A stretch of 64,000 nucleotides of DNA from positions 1-64,000 of the forward strand of contig CAVQXP010000003.1 of the NCBI GenBank assembly GCA_963717935.1. The letters run 5' to 3'. This DNA is from Candidatus Eiseniibacteriota bacterium. Its GTDB lineage: Bacteria > Eisenbacteria > RBG-16-71-46. Below are positions 42,035-53,852 of this stretch, in pieces (within the stretch, counting starts at the first letter, position 1; every line of letters begins with the position of its first letter). Under the pieces are notes generated by a model that was not told the DNA's origin, did not search any database, and worked only from the letters and a program-made list of their open reading frames with translations. The translations under genes were made by a program, and so were the position numbers.

Positions 42035-43192
42035 CTAGTACAGGAACATCGGCTTGCCGAGCAGGTGCGCCACCTTCGGGCGGTAGTGCTCGATGTCGTA
42101 GAGCTCGTCCACGTCCACGCGCTTGCGGCCCTCGGCGATGACGTTGGCCGAGACGGTCGTGTACTTGCCGTCGCGCAGCGCCACCATCCGCCCGCTCTGC
42201 TTCTTCAGGAGCAGGTCGGTGGCCAGGTAGCCGTAGGTGGTCGCGACCATGCGGTCGAGCGCGTCGGGCTGGCCGCTGCGCATCAGGTAGGCGACCTGCT
42301 GGTAGAGCGTGCTGACGCCCGAGCGCTTCTCGATCTCGCCCGAGAGGTAGAGCCCGACGCCGCCGAGCTTCTTGTGGCCGTATGCGTCAGCCACGCCGCT
42401 CAGGTGCATCTCCCCGCCGATCGGCTTGGCGCCCTCGGAGATGGTCACGATGGCGTAGGCGCTCGGGTTGTCATTCCGGTCTTCCACCAGGAAGTGCACC
42501 AGCTTGTCCACGTCGAAGTCCACCTCGGAGATCACGGCGCGATCCACGCCGGCGAGGTAGGCCGAGATGAGCGAGGTCTCGCCCGAGTAGCGCCCGAAGA
42601 GCTCGATGACCGCGATGCGCTCGTGCGAGCCCGCGGCGGTGCGCAGCGAGTGGATGAACTCGACGCTGCGCGTGACGGCGGTCGAGAAGCCGATGCAGTA
42701 GTCGGTGCCGTGGACGTCGTTGTCCATGGTCTTCGGCACGCAGATGATGGGCACGCCCTCCCGATGCAGCCGCACGGCGTAGGAGAGGGTGTCGTCCCCG
42801 CCGATGGCGATCAGGCCGTCGAGGCCGAGGTGCTCGATCACCTTCAGGACGTGGGGCGTGCAGTCGAAGAGGCCCTCGGGGCCGGGCTGCGTGTAGTCGC
42901 CCCCGAGGAAACCGGGCAGGTCCTTGGGGCTCACCCTGCCGGGGTTCGTGCGTGACGTGTGCAGGAACGTGCCGCCGCTGCGGTCGATCGTGCGCGTGTT
43001 CGAGCGGTTGAGCGGGACGACGAGCTGCTCCTGCGTCCGCGGGTCGGCGGGGTTCAGGTGGAGCAGGCCCGCCCAGCCACGCCGCAGACCGACGACCTCG
43101 TGCCCCTCGTCGGCGGCCCGGTGGACCGCTGCCTTGATCGTGGAGTTGAGCCCTGGTACGTCGCCGCCACCCGTGAAGATGCCGTATCTCAT
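42035..43192 (-). CDS. pfk: 6-phosphofructokinase, probably PPi-dependent
   Basis: [37 protein letters not shown]. Confidence 0.9.
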   Translation of the reverse strand: MRYGIFTGGGDVPGLNSTIKAAVHRAADEGHEVVGLRRGWAGLLHLNPADPRTQEQLVVPLNRSNTRTIDRSGGTFLHTSRTNPGRVSPKDLPGFLGGDYTQPGPEGLFDCTPHVLKVIEHLGLDGLIAIGGDDTLSYAVRLHREGVPIICVPKTMDNDVHGTDYCIGFSTAVTRSVEFIHSLRTAAGSHERIAVIELFGRYSGETSLISAYLAGVDRAVISEVDFDVDKLVHFLVEDRNDNPSAYAIVTISEGAKPIGGEMHLSGVADAYGHKKLGGVGLYLSGEIEKRSGVSTLYQQVAYLMRSGQPDALDRMVATTYGYLATDLLLKKQSGRMVALRDGKYTTVSANVIAEGRKRVDVDELYDIEHYRPKVAHLLGKPMFLY

Positions 43193-43437
43193 GGGCCTTC
43201 CTGTCGTGGAGCGCGCCTGCCCGCACCTGCGCGCGAGGCCATCGCTCCGTGGTTTCGGGATGCCGTGCCGGCGGGATCCGGCAGTCAAGAACGGCGGGAA
43301 CGTACCGTGTGCCTCCGCGGCTCACAAGCGGGCGGCAGAGCCCGGCCGGCGCGTGCCTTCGCGTGCCCCCCGGGCCTTGTGGTCTAATGTGCAGGGGCCG
43401 CCCACCCCGGACGGGGTGGGCCGCCCCGCGAGAGGGG

Positions 43438-45768
43438 GTGAAAACCACGCCAGAGCAGCATCCTGCTTCGCCACAGCGCCTGCGGCTCGAGATTCGCGGG
43501 GCGGTCCAGGGTGTGGGGTTCCGCCCCTTCGTCTTCCGCCTCGCCGGGGAACTGGCCCTGCCGGGCTGGGTCCTGAACGACGCCCGCGGGGTCTTCATCG
43601 AGGTCGAAGGCCCGCGCGAGACCCTGGAGCGTTTCCGCGAGCGGATCGTCTCGGAGCGCCCGCCGCGCGCCATCGTGCAGAGCGTCGAGGCCGCGTGGCT
43701 CCCGCCCTCGGGGTTCACGGCCTTCGAGATCCGTCACAGCAACGAGGCCGGCGTGAAGACCGCGCTGGTGTTGCCGGACCTGGCCACCTGCCCCGACTGC
43801 CTCGCCGAGACCCTCGATCCGGCCGAGCGGCGCCATGGCTATCCGTTCACGAACTGCACGAACTGCGGCCCGCGCTTCACCATCCTGTACGCGCTGCCCT
43901 ACGACCGGCCCAACACGACCATGCGCGGCTTCGTGCTCTGCGCGGAGTGCAGGCGGGAATACGAGGACCCGCGCGACCGCCGCTTCCACGCCCAGCCCAT
44001 CGGTTGCCCGGCCTGCGGCCCGGTCGTCGCCCTCTGGGACGCGTCGGGCGCGGGGCTGGTCCGCGGCGACGCGGCCCTCGCGGGCGCGGCGCGGGCGCTG
44101 GGCGAGGGCCGCATCCTGGCCCTCAAGGGTCTCGGCGGGTTCCACCTCGTGTGCGACGCGCGCAACGGGGACGCGGTCCGGCGTCTGCGTGAGAGGAAGC
44201 AGCGCCTCGGCAAGCCGCTCGCCCTGATGGTGCGCGACCTCGACCAGGCCCGCGAGTTGTGCGAGGTCTCGGACCTCGCGGCGCAGCAGCTCGCCTCGGT
44301 CGAAGCGCCGATCCTGCTCCTGCCGCGGCGTGCGGATGCGCCCGTGGCGCCGGAGGTGGCGCCGGGCAACCCGTATCTCGGCGTGATGCTCCCATCCACG
44401 CCGCTCCACCATCTCCTCCTGCACGCCTGCGCCTTCCCCGTCGTGGCGACCAGCGGCAACCTCACCGACGAGCCCATCTGCACGAACGAATACCGGGCCC
44501 TGCAGCGGCTCGGGGCCATCGCCGACGTCTTCCTGGTGCACGACCGCGCCATCGAGCGGCACGTGGACGACAGCGTGGCCTGGATCACGGCAGGCCGGGT
44601 GCGGCTGCTGCGCCGGGCGCGGGGCTGGGCGCCCCTGCCGGTGACGCTCGAGCGCGAGCTGCCGGTCATCCTCGCCGTGGGGGCGCACCTGAAGAACACC
44701 GTGGCCCTGAGCGTGGGCCGGCAGGTGTTCGTCAGCCAGCACATCGGCGACCTCGAGACCGAGGAGGCGATGTGCGCCTTCGAGCGCGTGATCGCCGACT
44801 TCCAGCGGCTCTACGACGTGCGGCCCGTGGCCATCGCCCACGACCTGCACCCCGACTACCTCTCGACCCGGTGGGCGCTGGCCGCCCCCGGCGGGGCGCG
44901 CCTGGTCGGGGTCCAGCACCACCACGCCCACCTCGTCTCCTGCCTGGCCGAGAACGGGGTGGAGGGCCGCGCCCTGGGCGTGTCCTGGGACGGTACGGGC
45001 TACGGGACCGACGGCACGGTCTGGGGCGGGGAGTTCCTGCTGGGGGACGCCTCCGGATTCGAGCGTGTGGCCCACCTCAGGCCCTTCCGGCTGCCAGGGG
45101 GCGAGGCTGCGGTCCGCGAGCCCCGCAGGGCCGCCCTGGGCCTGCTCTGGGAGGCCCGGGGCGAGGCGGCGCTGGCCGCGGAGGGTCCGGGGATCGGACG
45201 GCTGTTCGATGCTGCCGACCTCAAGGTCCTGGCCAGGATGCTGGACCGGGGCCTCAACAGCCCCGTCACCACCAGCATGGGCCGGCTGTTCGACGCGGTC
45301 GCGGCCCTGGTGGGCCTGCATCCGAGCACGACCTTCGAGGGCGAAGCGGCCATGGCCCTCGAATGGCTGGCCGACCCGGCGGAGCGGGGCGCCTATCCTG
45401 TAGACTCGCGGCCCGGCCCGGTCCCCGCGGGGGCGCGGCCGCCTCTCGTCCTGGACTGGGGGCCGCTGCTCGAGGCCGTGCTGGAAGATGTCCGCCGGGG
45501 TGTGCCGAGGGGCGTCATCGCGGCCCGCTTCCACAACGGGCTGGTGCGCGTGGCGGTGGACGTGGCCGCGGTGGTGGGCGAGGAGCGCGTGGCGCTCTCC
45601 GGCGGGTGCTTCCAGAACCGGCTCCTCACCGAGCGGCTGGCGGCGGCGCTGGAGCGGGCGGGCCACACCGTGCTGCTGCACGCGCAGGTGCCGCCGAACG
45701 ATGGCGGCGTGAGCCTGGGACAGATCGTCGTGGCCGCGGCGCAGTTGGGAATCGAAAGGGGAGACTGA
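43438..45768 (+). CDS. hypF: [NiFe]-hydrogenase maturation carbamoyltransferase HypF
   Basis: [12 protein letters not shown], two CxxC zinc fingers, [31 protein letters not shown]. Confidence 0.96.
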   Translation: MKTTPEQHPASPQRLRLEIRGAVQGVGFRPFVFRLAGELALPGWVLNDARGVFIEVEGPRETLERFRERIVSERPPRAIVQSVEAAWLPPSGFTAFEIRHSNEAGVKTALVLPDLATCPDCLAETLDPAERRHGYPFTNCTNCGPRFTILYALPYDRPNTTMRGFVLCAECRREYEDPRDRRFHAQPIGCPACGPVVALWDASGAGLVRGDAALAGAARALGEGRILALKGLGGFHLVCDARNGDAVRRLRERKQRLGKPLALMVRDLDQARELCEVSDLAAQQLASVEAPILLLPRRADAPVAPEVAPGNPYLGVMLPSTPLHHLLLHACAFPVVATSGNLTDEPICTNEYRALQRLGAIADVFLVHDRAIERHVDDSVAWITAGRVRLLRRARGWAPLPVTLERELPVILAVGAHLKNTVALSVGRQVFVSQHIGDLETEEAMCAFERVIADFQRLYDVRPVAIAHDLHPDYLSTRWALAAPGGARLVGVQHHHAHLVSCLAENGVEGRALGVSWDGTGYGTDGTVWGGEFLLGDASGFERVAHLRPFRLPGGEAAVREPRRAALGLLWEARGEAALAAEGPGIGRLFDAADLKVLARMLDRGLNSPVTTSMGRLFDAVAALVGLHPSTTFEGEAAMALEWLADPAERGAYPVDSRPGPVPAGARPPLVLDWGPLLEAVLEDVRRGVPRGVIAARFHNGLVRVAVDVAAVVGEERVALSGGCFQNRLLTERLAAALERAGHTVLLHAQVPPNDGGVSLGQIVVAAAQLGIERGD

Positions 45769-45770
45769 AC

Positions 45771-46073
45771 GTGTGTCTCGGCGTGCCGGGCAAGGTGCTC
45801 ACGGTCGAGGAGAACGCCCAGGGCCTGGCCATGGGCACCGTGAGCTTCGGTGGCGTGAACAAGGAGATCTACCTCGCCTGCGTGCCCGAGGCGAAGCCCG
45901 GCGACTACGTGATCGTGCACGCGGGCCTGGCCATCAGCATCATCAACGAGCAGGAGGCCGAGGAGACCTTCGAGATCCTGCGCCGGATGGACGAGCTGGC
46001 GGGGATCGAGGAACGTCCGCAGGACGCCTCCGGCTCCCCGCCGCCGCCGCCCGGGCCCGAACGCCAGGGGTGA
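45771..46073 (+). CDS. hypC: Hydrogenase chaperone HypC
   Basis: GTG start giving (M)[15 protein letters not shown]. Confidence 0.93.
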   Translation: MCLGVPGKVLTVEENAQGLAMGTVSFGGVNKEIYLACVPEAKPGDYVIVHAGLAISIINEQEAEETFEILRRMDELAGIEERPQDASGSPPPPPGPERQG

Positions 46074-46075
46074 CC

Positions 46076-47160
<1,085 letters not shown>

Positions 47161-47164
<4 letters not shown>

Positions 47165-48234
47165 GTGACGCCGAGGCCGCGCCCGTCGAGTACCTGGGCC
47201 TGCAGTGCCCGATCCCGCTGAGCGAGTACCCGCAGGTGACGCTCGCCCACGGCGGCGGCGGACGGCTCACGCACGCGCTGATCGAGCGCATGTTCCTCGC
47301 GGCCTTCCGCAACCCCGCGCTCGAGCCGCTCCACGACGGCGCCGTGCTCGAGGTGCCGCAGGGCCGGATCGCGCTCAGCACCGACTCGTACGTGGTGAGC
47401 CCGCTCTTCTTCCCGGGCGGCGACATCGGTTCGCTCGCGGTGCACGGCACCGTGAACGACCTCGCCATGTGCGGCGCGTCGCCCCTGGCGCTCACCGCGG
47501 GCTTCGTGCTCGAGGAGGGCCTGCCCATGGACGACCTGTGGCGGATCGTGCGCTCCATGGCACGGGCGGCGAAGGACGCGGGCGTGAACATCGTGACCGG
47601 CGACACCAAGGTCGTGGACCGCGGCAAGGGCGATGGCGTGTTCATCAACACGACCGGCATCGGCCTGGTGCCCGAGGGCGTGAGCATCTCCCCGGCGCGC
47701 GCGCGGCCCGGGGACCGGCTGCTGCTGAGCGGGCGCATCGCCGACCACGGCATCGCCATCCTGTCGGTGCGCGAGGGCCTCTCGTTCGAGACCACGATCG
47801 AGAGCGACTCGGCCGCCCTGAACGGGCTCGTGGGCTCGCTGCTCGGGGCGCTCGGCGAGCGCGTCCACGTGCTGCGCGACCCCACGCGTGGCGGCGTGGC
47901 GAGCGCGACCAACGAGATCGCCGCGGCCGCGCAGGTGGGGCTGCGCCTCGAGGAGCGCGCGATCCCGCTGGCCGAGCAGGTGCGCGGCGCCTGCGAGATC
48001 CTCGGGCTCGACCCGCTCTACGTCGCGAACGAGGGCAAGTGCCTGGCCATCGTCGCTCCGGAAGCGGCGGAGCAGGCGCTCGCGCTCCTGCGCGCGCACC
48101 CGCTCGGGCGCGAGGCCGCCGTCATCGGCGAGGTGGTCGCGGACCACCCCGGCCGCGTGATGATGCACAGCCGCGTCGGCGGCATGCGCGTCGTGGACAT
48201 GCTCAGCGGGGAGCAGCTGCCGCGCATCTGCTGA
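47161..48234 (+). CDS. hypE: Hydrogenase maturation protein HypE
   Basis: [35 protein letters not shown]-terminal LPRIC. Confidence 0.96.
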
Positions 48235-48722
48235 TGCGGCCGGGACCGGGCATGACCGTGAAGCAGGCAACGAAGCGGCGCCCGGAGGGCACGCGGGAGC
48301 GGGCCGGGGAGTCCCCCGGGCGCTGGGAGCGCGTGTGGGCCGTGGTGCGCCGCATCCCGCCCGGGCGCGTGGCCACCTACGGCCAGGTCGCGGCCCTCGC
48401 GGGCCTCGGCCACCAGGCGCGCCAGGTCGGCTACGCGCTCCATGCCCTGCCCGCCGAGGGCTTCGCCCCGTGGCACCGGGTGGTCAACGCGCGCGGCGCG
48501 ATCAGCCTGCCGCCGGGCGGTGGAGCCGACGTGACCCAGCGCCTGCGGCTCGAGCGCGAAGGCGTGCGCTTCGACGCGCGCGGGCGGATCGACCTCGAGC
48601 GCTACGGCTGGCGGCCCGGCGGGCGGGTCACCGCCGCCGCGTCGCGTTCGCCGCTGCGGGCCTCGGCATCGCCCAGGTCTGCAACGCCACGGGCAGGTGC
48701 CCGCGGTCGCCCACCGCGGTGA
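48234..48722 (+). CDS. Alkyltransferase-like (ATL/YbaZ-type) DNA-binding protein
   Basis: IPPGRVATYGQVA, ARQVG, PWHRVVN (Trp at the catalytic Cys position of MGMT), Q..RLEREGV. The start could be 48252. Confidence 0.85.
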   Translation: MRPGPGMTVKQATKRRPEGTRERAGESPGRWERVWAVVRRIPPGRVATYGQVAALAGLGHQARQVGYALHALPAEGFAPWHRVVNARGAISLPPGGGADVTQRLRLEREGVRFDARGRIDLERYGWRPGGRVTAAASRSPLRASASPRSATPRAGARGRPPR

Positions 48723-49347
48723 TGCGGTAACCTCCGCCGGGCTTCACCTCGATCACGGTGAGGCTGCAGTTGGCGAGGCTCATCGTGAGCCAGAGTCTCG
48801 CGTCCGCGCCCAGCGCGCGGGTCACCAGCCAGCGGATCACGTTCCCGTGGCAGACCAGCACCTCCGTGCTGTCGCGCGCGGGCGAGGGGCGGAAGTAGCG
48901 GGCGAAGGTGCGCTCGAGTTGCACCGCGCACGAGTCGGCCTCGCCCGGCGCGAGACCCGCCATGACGTCCTTGCGGTAGGTGGGCGGCGTGCACTCGCGC
49001 AGGTCGCGGTCGGGCTCGGGGTTCCGGCCGGGCAGCGACCGCGCGATGATCTCCGCGGTCTCTCGCGCCCGCGTCAGGGTGCTCGCGTGCACGACGTCGA
49101 CTCGCGCGGGCCAGGCCGCGAGCCGCGCCCCGGTGAGCCGCGCCTGCTCCCGGCCCTCGGACAGCAGCGCCTTGCCGACCTCGGCATCGCGCGCGTCGTC
49201 CTCGTCGTAGACCCCGTGGCGGACGAGGATGAGCGTGCGCAGGCCCTTGCCCGGAGTCGCCTGGGCGTCGGCCCCGGGCGCGATTGCGCCGGCCAGCGTC
49301 AGCGTGCACAGGATGACCGCGCAGAACGGCCGCAGGCCCGGCCTCAT
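48628..49347 (-). CDS. Exported histidine-phosphatase family protein, PGAM5-like
   Basis: Signal peptide; LILVRHG, GREQARLTGARL, STLTRARETA, VCHGNVIR. Confidence 0.85.
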   Translation of the reverse strand: MRPGLRPFCAVILCTLTLAGAIAPGADAQATPGKGLRTLILVRHGVYDEDDARDAEVGKALLSEGREQARLTGARLAAWPARVDVVHASTLTRARETAEIIARSLPGRNPEPDRDLRECTPPTYRKDVMAGLAPGEADSCAVQLERTFARYFRPSPARDSTEVLVCHGNVIRWLVTRALGADARLWLTMSLANCSLTVIEVKPGGGYRITAVGDRGHLPVALQTWAMPRPAAANATRRR

Positions 49348-50012
49348 GACGCGGCCCCGCGCTTCTCCGACAGGCGCTCCTCGAGCAGGGCGCACCACTC
49401 GGCGATGCCCTGGCCGGTGGTGGCCGAGGTCACCAGCAGTGCGCCACCGGGCCGCAGCGCGGCGACCTGCGCGCGCGCCTCGTCGAGCTTGAAGGACACG
49501 TGGGGCAGCAGGTCGGCCTTCGTCACCAACGTCACCGCGGCCTTCGCGAAGATGGACGGGTACTTGAAGGGCTTGTCCTCGCCCTCGGTGACCGAGAGCA
49601 GCGCGACCTTGAAGTCCTCGCCCAGGTCGTAGGAGGTGGGGCAGACGAGGTTGCCCACGTTCTCGATGAAGAGCACGTCCAGCGGCCCCAGGTCGTGCGT
49701 CTCGAGCGCCCCGCGCACCTGCCGGGCGTCGAGGTGGCAGGATCCCCCGGTGAGGATCTGGTGGGCCGGGATGCCGAGCGAGCGCAGGCGGTCGGCGTCG
49801 CGCTCGGTGGCGATGTCGCCCTCGATGGCGCCGAGTCTCAGCTTCCCCCCGAAGGCGCGTACGGTCGCCTCGAGCAGCGTCGTCTTGCCGGAGCCGGGGG
49901 AGGAGATGAGGTTCACCACCAGCGTGCGCGCGGTCGCGAAGCGCTCGCGCAACGTCGCGGCCGCGGCCGCGTTGTCGGCCAGGATCCTCTGCCGTACGTC
50001 CACCTGGGTCAC
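49344..50012 (-). CDS. hypB: Hydrogenase nickel-insertion GTPase HypB
   Basis: SSPGSGKTTLLE, CHLDA, ENVGNLVCP, EGEDKPFKYP. Confidence 0.96.
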   Translation of the reverse strand: MTQVDVRQRILADNAAAAATLRERFATARTLVVNLISSPGSGKTTLLEATVRAFGGKLRLGAIEGDIATERDADRLRSLGIPAHQILTGGSCHLDARQVRGALETHDLGPLDVLFIENVGNLVCPTSYDLGEDFKVALLSVTEGEDKPFKYPSIFAKAAVTLVTKADLLPHVSFKLDEARAQVAALRPGGALLVTSATTGQGIAEWCALLEERLSEKRGAAS

Positions 50013-50377
50013 TTCGCCGTCTCCTCTTCATCGGGTGTGTACGAGAGGTCGATCACGTCCAGCTCGTCTCCGCCGGCGACCTGCACGGGCCCGCCGCAGT
50101 CCGGGCAGATCCTGAGCCAGTTGCCGGGCGCGCGCTCCTTCACCTCGCCGCAGGTCGCGCACGTCTGCCGCGCGGGGTGCCACTCGACCTCGAGCCTGGC
50201 CGCGGCGTCACGCCCGCCGGAGACCACGGCCTCCCAGGCGTAGACCAGCAGCTCGGGCTCGACCGCCGCCAGCTCGCCGATCGCGACCCGTGCCGAGTCG
50301 AGCCGCCCGGGCCCGCGGGCGTCGATGGTCGCCCGGCAGGTCCGGTAGATCTCGGTGGCGAGGCTCAGCTCGTGCAA
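50009..50377 (-). CDS. hypA: Hydrogenase nickel chaperone HypA
   Basis: GGAGGA RBS and TTG start giving MHELS; CATC and CPDC; G.EL. Confidence 0.93.
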   Translation of the reverse strand: MHELSLATEIYRTCRATIDARGPGRLDSARVAIGELAAVEPELLVYAWEAVVSGGRDAAARLEVEWHPARQTCATCGEVKERAPGNWLRICPDCGGPVQVAGGDELDVIDLSYTPDEEETAK

Positions 50378-50493
50378 GTGTCCTCCGTCGGGATGGTCCG
50401 GGCCGGGTGCGCCCCCGGTGTCCCGCGGCCGCATCTTACCGCGTCCGGCATGGCCACCCGAACCGCCCGCGCGTGCGCGGACCGTGCACCGGT

Positions 50494-52935
50494 TCAGGGT
50501 GGCGAATCGACGCCCGCTGCCGCCGCCGAGTCCGGCGCAGCGGCAAGCGAGTCGCCCTCCGCGCCGAGGCTGTCCGCGGGCGGATGGAACACGCCGCAGA
50601 CGCGGGTCGGCGCCGTACCGGGCAGGAAGGGCACGCGCAGGGCGGGGCAGTCGCCGCGCGCCAGCAGCCCGGTCCAGGGGTCGATCCAGGCCGGCGTGAG
50701 CCCGGCGTCGCCGGGGAAGGGCTCGTCCGGGAAGCCCTCCAGCATGGCTCCCATGATCCCGGCCCAGATCGGGAGCGCGACCTCCGCGGCCGGGCGCCGC
50801 AGGGTCCGCGGCGTGTCGTAGCCCACCCAGGTGCCGGCGACGAGATCCGGCACGAAGCCCACGAACCAGGCGTCGTGGTAGTCGTTGGTCGTGCCGGTCT
50901 TGCCGCCTGCGGGGCGCAGGAAGCCGTACACGGAGCGCAGCGGGTAGGAGACGCCGAAGATGACCACGTCCTCGAGCAGTCCGGTCATGAGGTCGGCGGT
51001 CGCGGCCGGCAGCACCTGCACCGCCGGAGCGGTGCGCGGGAGCAGGTCCCGCCCCGTGGCGTCCAGCACCGCGCGTACCGGCGTTGGGTCGTGCCGCACG
51101 CCGCGTCCCGGGAAGACGCTGTAGGCGCTGGTGAGGGCCAGCAGCGTGGCCTCGTTGGTGCCCAGCCCGATGCTCGCGACGGGTTTGAGTTTCCCGAGGC
51201 CGAAGCGCTCGGCGTAGCGCGCCACCTGCCTCGCACCGATCGCCTCGACCAGGTTCGCGGTCGCCACGTTGAGCGACTTGACGAGCGCCTTCGCGAGCGT
51301 GACCTCCGGGTGATACTCGTCCCTGTCGTTGCGCGGCTTCCACACGGTGTCGCCCGCGGCGAACTCGCGCCTCAGGTCGGGCACGGTGGAGCCGGGGCCG
51401 AATCGCGGCGGTCCGCGCCCGGGATCGAGCGCGGCCGCGTACACGATGGGCTTGATCGCCGAGCCGGTCTGGCGGCGTGCCCGGGTCGCGCGGTTGAAGT
51501 CACCGGTCCCGGCTGCGCGTCCGCCCACCACGGCGCGCACGAAGCCGGTCGCCGGATCGAGCGCGACGAATGCGCCCTGCAGCGGCCGGGGCCCGCGCCC
51601 GCTCCAGCGCTCGAGCGAGTCCACGCCGGCCGCGAGCCCCCGCTCGGCCTCGGCCTGCCAGACCAGGTCGAGCGGGGTGAACACCGAAAGGCCCCAGTGC
51701 TCGGCGGCGCCTTCGGGCAGGCGCTCGGAGAGATGCTGGCGCACGTAGCCCACGTAGCTCGGGAAGAACCCCGGAGGGGGCGGGCCGCGGCGCACGGCCA
51801 GCGGGCGGGCCCGGAGCCGCGCAGCCGTGCCGGCGTCGAGCGTGCCCGTGGCCACCAGGTCGCCGAGCACGGAGTTGCGCTGCACCAGCGCCCGGCGCGG
51901 GTCGTGGAACGGCGAGTAGGCGTTGGGTGCCGGGATGAGACCCGCGAGCAGCGCGGACCGCGCCACGTCGAGCGACTCGACCGGCGCGTCGAAGTACCAG
52001 CGCGCAGCCTCGGCCACGCCCGCCACGCCCCCTGACCCGTTCTGTCCCCAGTAGACCGAGTTCAGGTACATCTCGAGGATCTCGTCCTTCGAGAGCAGGG
52101 CCTCGAGCCCCACGGCGATCATCGCCTCGGAGAGCTTGCGGCTCCAGGTGCGCTCGCGCCCGAGGAAGAGCCCGCGCGCCAGTTGCTGCGTGATGGTGCT
52201 GCCGCCCTGGCGCACACCGCCCGCCTGCACGTTGGTGACGAGGGCGCGGAAGTTGCCGCGCAGGTCCAGCCCCCAGTGATGGCGGAAGCGGCGGTCCTCC
52301 GAGGCCACCACCGCCTCACGCAGGGCGCGCGGGATGCGCGCGAGCGGCACCCAGGTGCGCAGGACACGGTGCTCGTCGGCCAGCAGCGCCACGGCCAGGG
52401 GCTCGAGACGGGCCGGCCGCGAGGTATCGGGGGGCGCCGCCGGGGAGAGACCGCCCAGGCGCCGCACCGCGACGAGCCGGCCGCCCGCGAGCCGCAGGCG
52501 CACGCGCTCGGGTCCGCCCGCGCCGTCGGGGTCGTGCGTGGCCGCGAAGCCGCGCAGGAGGATCTCGAAACCGTCCGGCACGACGCGATACTCGCCCGGC
52601 ACGGCGGGGGCAGCGGCCTCGCGGTAGCCGCGTGCGTCGAGTTGCGCGCGCAGGTAGGTCCCGGGGCACGCGCGGCCCGGTGCGAGAGCCACGCCATCGG
52701 AGTAGACGCGCGAGGGGAATGACCACGACGGCCCGGTGGCGTGCCGCGCGCGCAGGGCCCGCACCTTGATGGCGAGGTGCACGAAGCCGGCGAGCGCGCC
52801 CAGCGCCAGGAGGACGAGCCCGGCGAACGCGGCCGAACGCCACGGCCGGGCGCGCACGAGCGCGCGCAGCGCGGCGAGCGGCGCCCCGCGGGCGCCGGGG
52901 CCGGAGCCACCCGGTGATTCGTGTCGAGTCGTCAT
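50494..52935 (-). CDS. mrcB: Class A penicillin-binding protein, PBP1b-like (TM, UB2H-like, GT51, transpeptidase)
   Basis: EDRRF..H.G, GGSTITQQL, RKLSE, YLN; S-x-x-K (GSAIKP), SLN, KTGT. Confidence 0.88.
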   Translation of the reverse strand: MTTRHESPGGSGPGARGAPLAALRALVRARPWRSAAFAGLVLLALGALAGFVHLAIKVRALRARHATGPSWSFPSRVYSDGVALAPGRACPGTYLRAQLDARGYREAAAPAVPGEYRVVPDGFEILLRGFAATHDPDGAGGPERVRLRLAGGRLVAVRRLGGLSPAAPPDTSRPARLEPLAVALLADEHRVLRTWVPLARIPRALREAVVASEDRRFRHHWGLDLRGNFRALVTNVQAGGVRQGGSTITQQLARGLFLGRERTWSRKLSEAMIAVGLEALLSKDEILEMYLNSVYWGQNGSGGVAGVAEAARWYFDAPVESLDVARSALLAGLIPAPNAYSPFHDPRRALVQRNSVLGDLVATGTLDAGTAARLRARPLAVRRGPPPPGFFPSYVGYVRQHLSERLPEGAAEHWGLSVFTPLDLVWQAEAERGLAAGVDSLERWSGRGPRPLQGAFVALDPATGFVRAVVGGRAAGTGDFNRATRARRQTGSAIKPIVYAAALDPGRGPPRFGPGSTVPDLRREFAAGDTVWKPRNDRDEYHPEVTLAKALVKSLNVATANLVEAIGARQVARYAERFGLGKLKPVASIGLGTNEATLLALTSAYSVFPGRGVRHDPTPVRAVLDATGRDLLPRTAPAVQVLPAATADLMTGLLEDVVIFGVSYPLRSVYGFLRPAGGKTGTTNDYHDAWFVGFVPDLVAGTWVGYDTPRTLRRPAAEVALPIWAGIMGAMLEGFPDEPFPGDAGLTPAWIDPWTGLLARGDCPALRVPFLPGTAPTRVCGVFHPPADSLGAEGDSLAAAPDSAAAAGVDSPP

Positions 52936-53260
52936 GAGGATCGTTCCGGAACGCGTCCAGGGTCAGGGAACTGTGAGGAGTTCCCGACAGACTAGCGGCA
53001 AGGGCGGGAAGGCGCACGCCGGCGGGCGGAGCGCGCCGGCGCGCGGGCCCGGGTGGCGCAAGTCGCGACGGCGCAGCCGACAGGGCGCTCCGGCGCCCGG
53101 GCTCGCGGCCGGGCCCGACGGTCCCGTCCGGGTGCCCGGGGAAGCTCGCGCAGGAGCCCGAACGGACCGGGCGCACCGCGCGTCCAGGAATCCCATCCTA
53201 GGAGGACTCATCCATAGTGGGGAGGGCCGCCACTTGACTTGAGCGACAACGGAGGATGCG

Positions 53261-53569
53261 ATGGCAGGGCGTGAGCGGGGTGGCTTCGCGGCGATGAACC
53301 GCGAAAAACAACAGGAGATCGCTCGGCGTGGGGGCCGCGCTGCGCACCAGAAGGGCACTGCGCACGAGTTCACGCCTGATGAAGCGCGCGCCGCGGGCCG
53401 CAAGGGCGGCATGTCCGTGAGCCAGGATCGAGATCACATGTCCCGTATCGGTCGGGCCGGGGGCCTGAGCTCCCGCTTGAACCTTCGCAGCGGTGACCCG
53501 GCACCGTCCACGGATGCGAGCCAGCAGCCTGCCGGTGACCTGGAGGCTGACGACCCACCGGTCGCCTAG
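53261..53569 (+). CDS. KGG-repeat stress-induced protein (GsiB/YciG-like)
   Basis: GFAAM..EKQQEIARRGG, AHEFTPDEARAAGRKGG, HMSRIGRAGG; GGAGG RBS. Confidence 0.9.
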   Translation: MAGRERGGFAAMNREKQQEIARRGGRAAHQKGTAHEFTPDEARAAGRKGGMSVSQDRDHMSRIGRAGGLSSRLNLRSGDPAPSTDASQQPAGDLEADDPPVA

Positions 53570-53852
53570 CAAGGGCGGCCGCCTGACGGGAAGGTCGTGG
53601 CCGCGGAGCCACGACCGACGGGCCGGCAGGGGCAGTCTGGGCTTGTCGGGGCTGCCGACGCCGGTCCACTCGTACGAGATTCAGCTTGGAGAACGCCGTT
53701 GCCGGTAGGAGACTTCCAGCCGGGCGGCCCGCATGGCTGCCGTGTGCGGATTCCCCTTCATCAGCCGCGAGGTCCCTCGGGATGATCGCTCGATCGTCAT
53801 TCGGGACCGGATGCGGTCCCGGCGCCGCCGCAGCGCGCGGGAGCGCTTCTCC

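Noticed and set aside
48234..48722. Active O6-methylguanine methyltransferase
   Set aside because: PWHRV replaces PCHRV, so the acceptor Cys is absent; called ATL instead.
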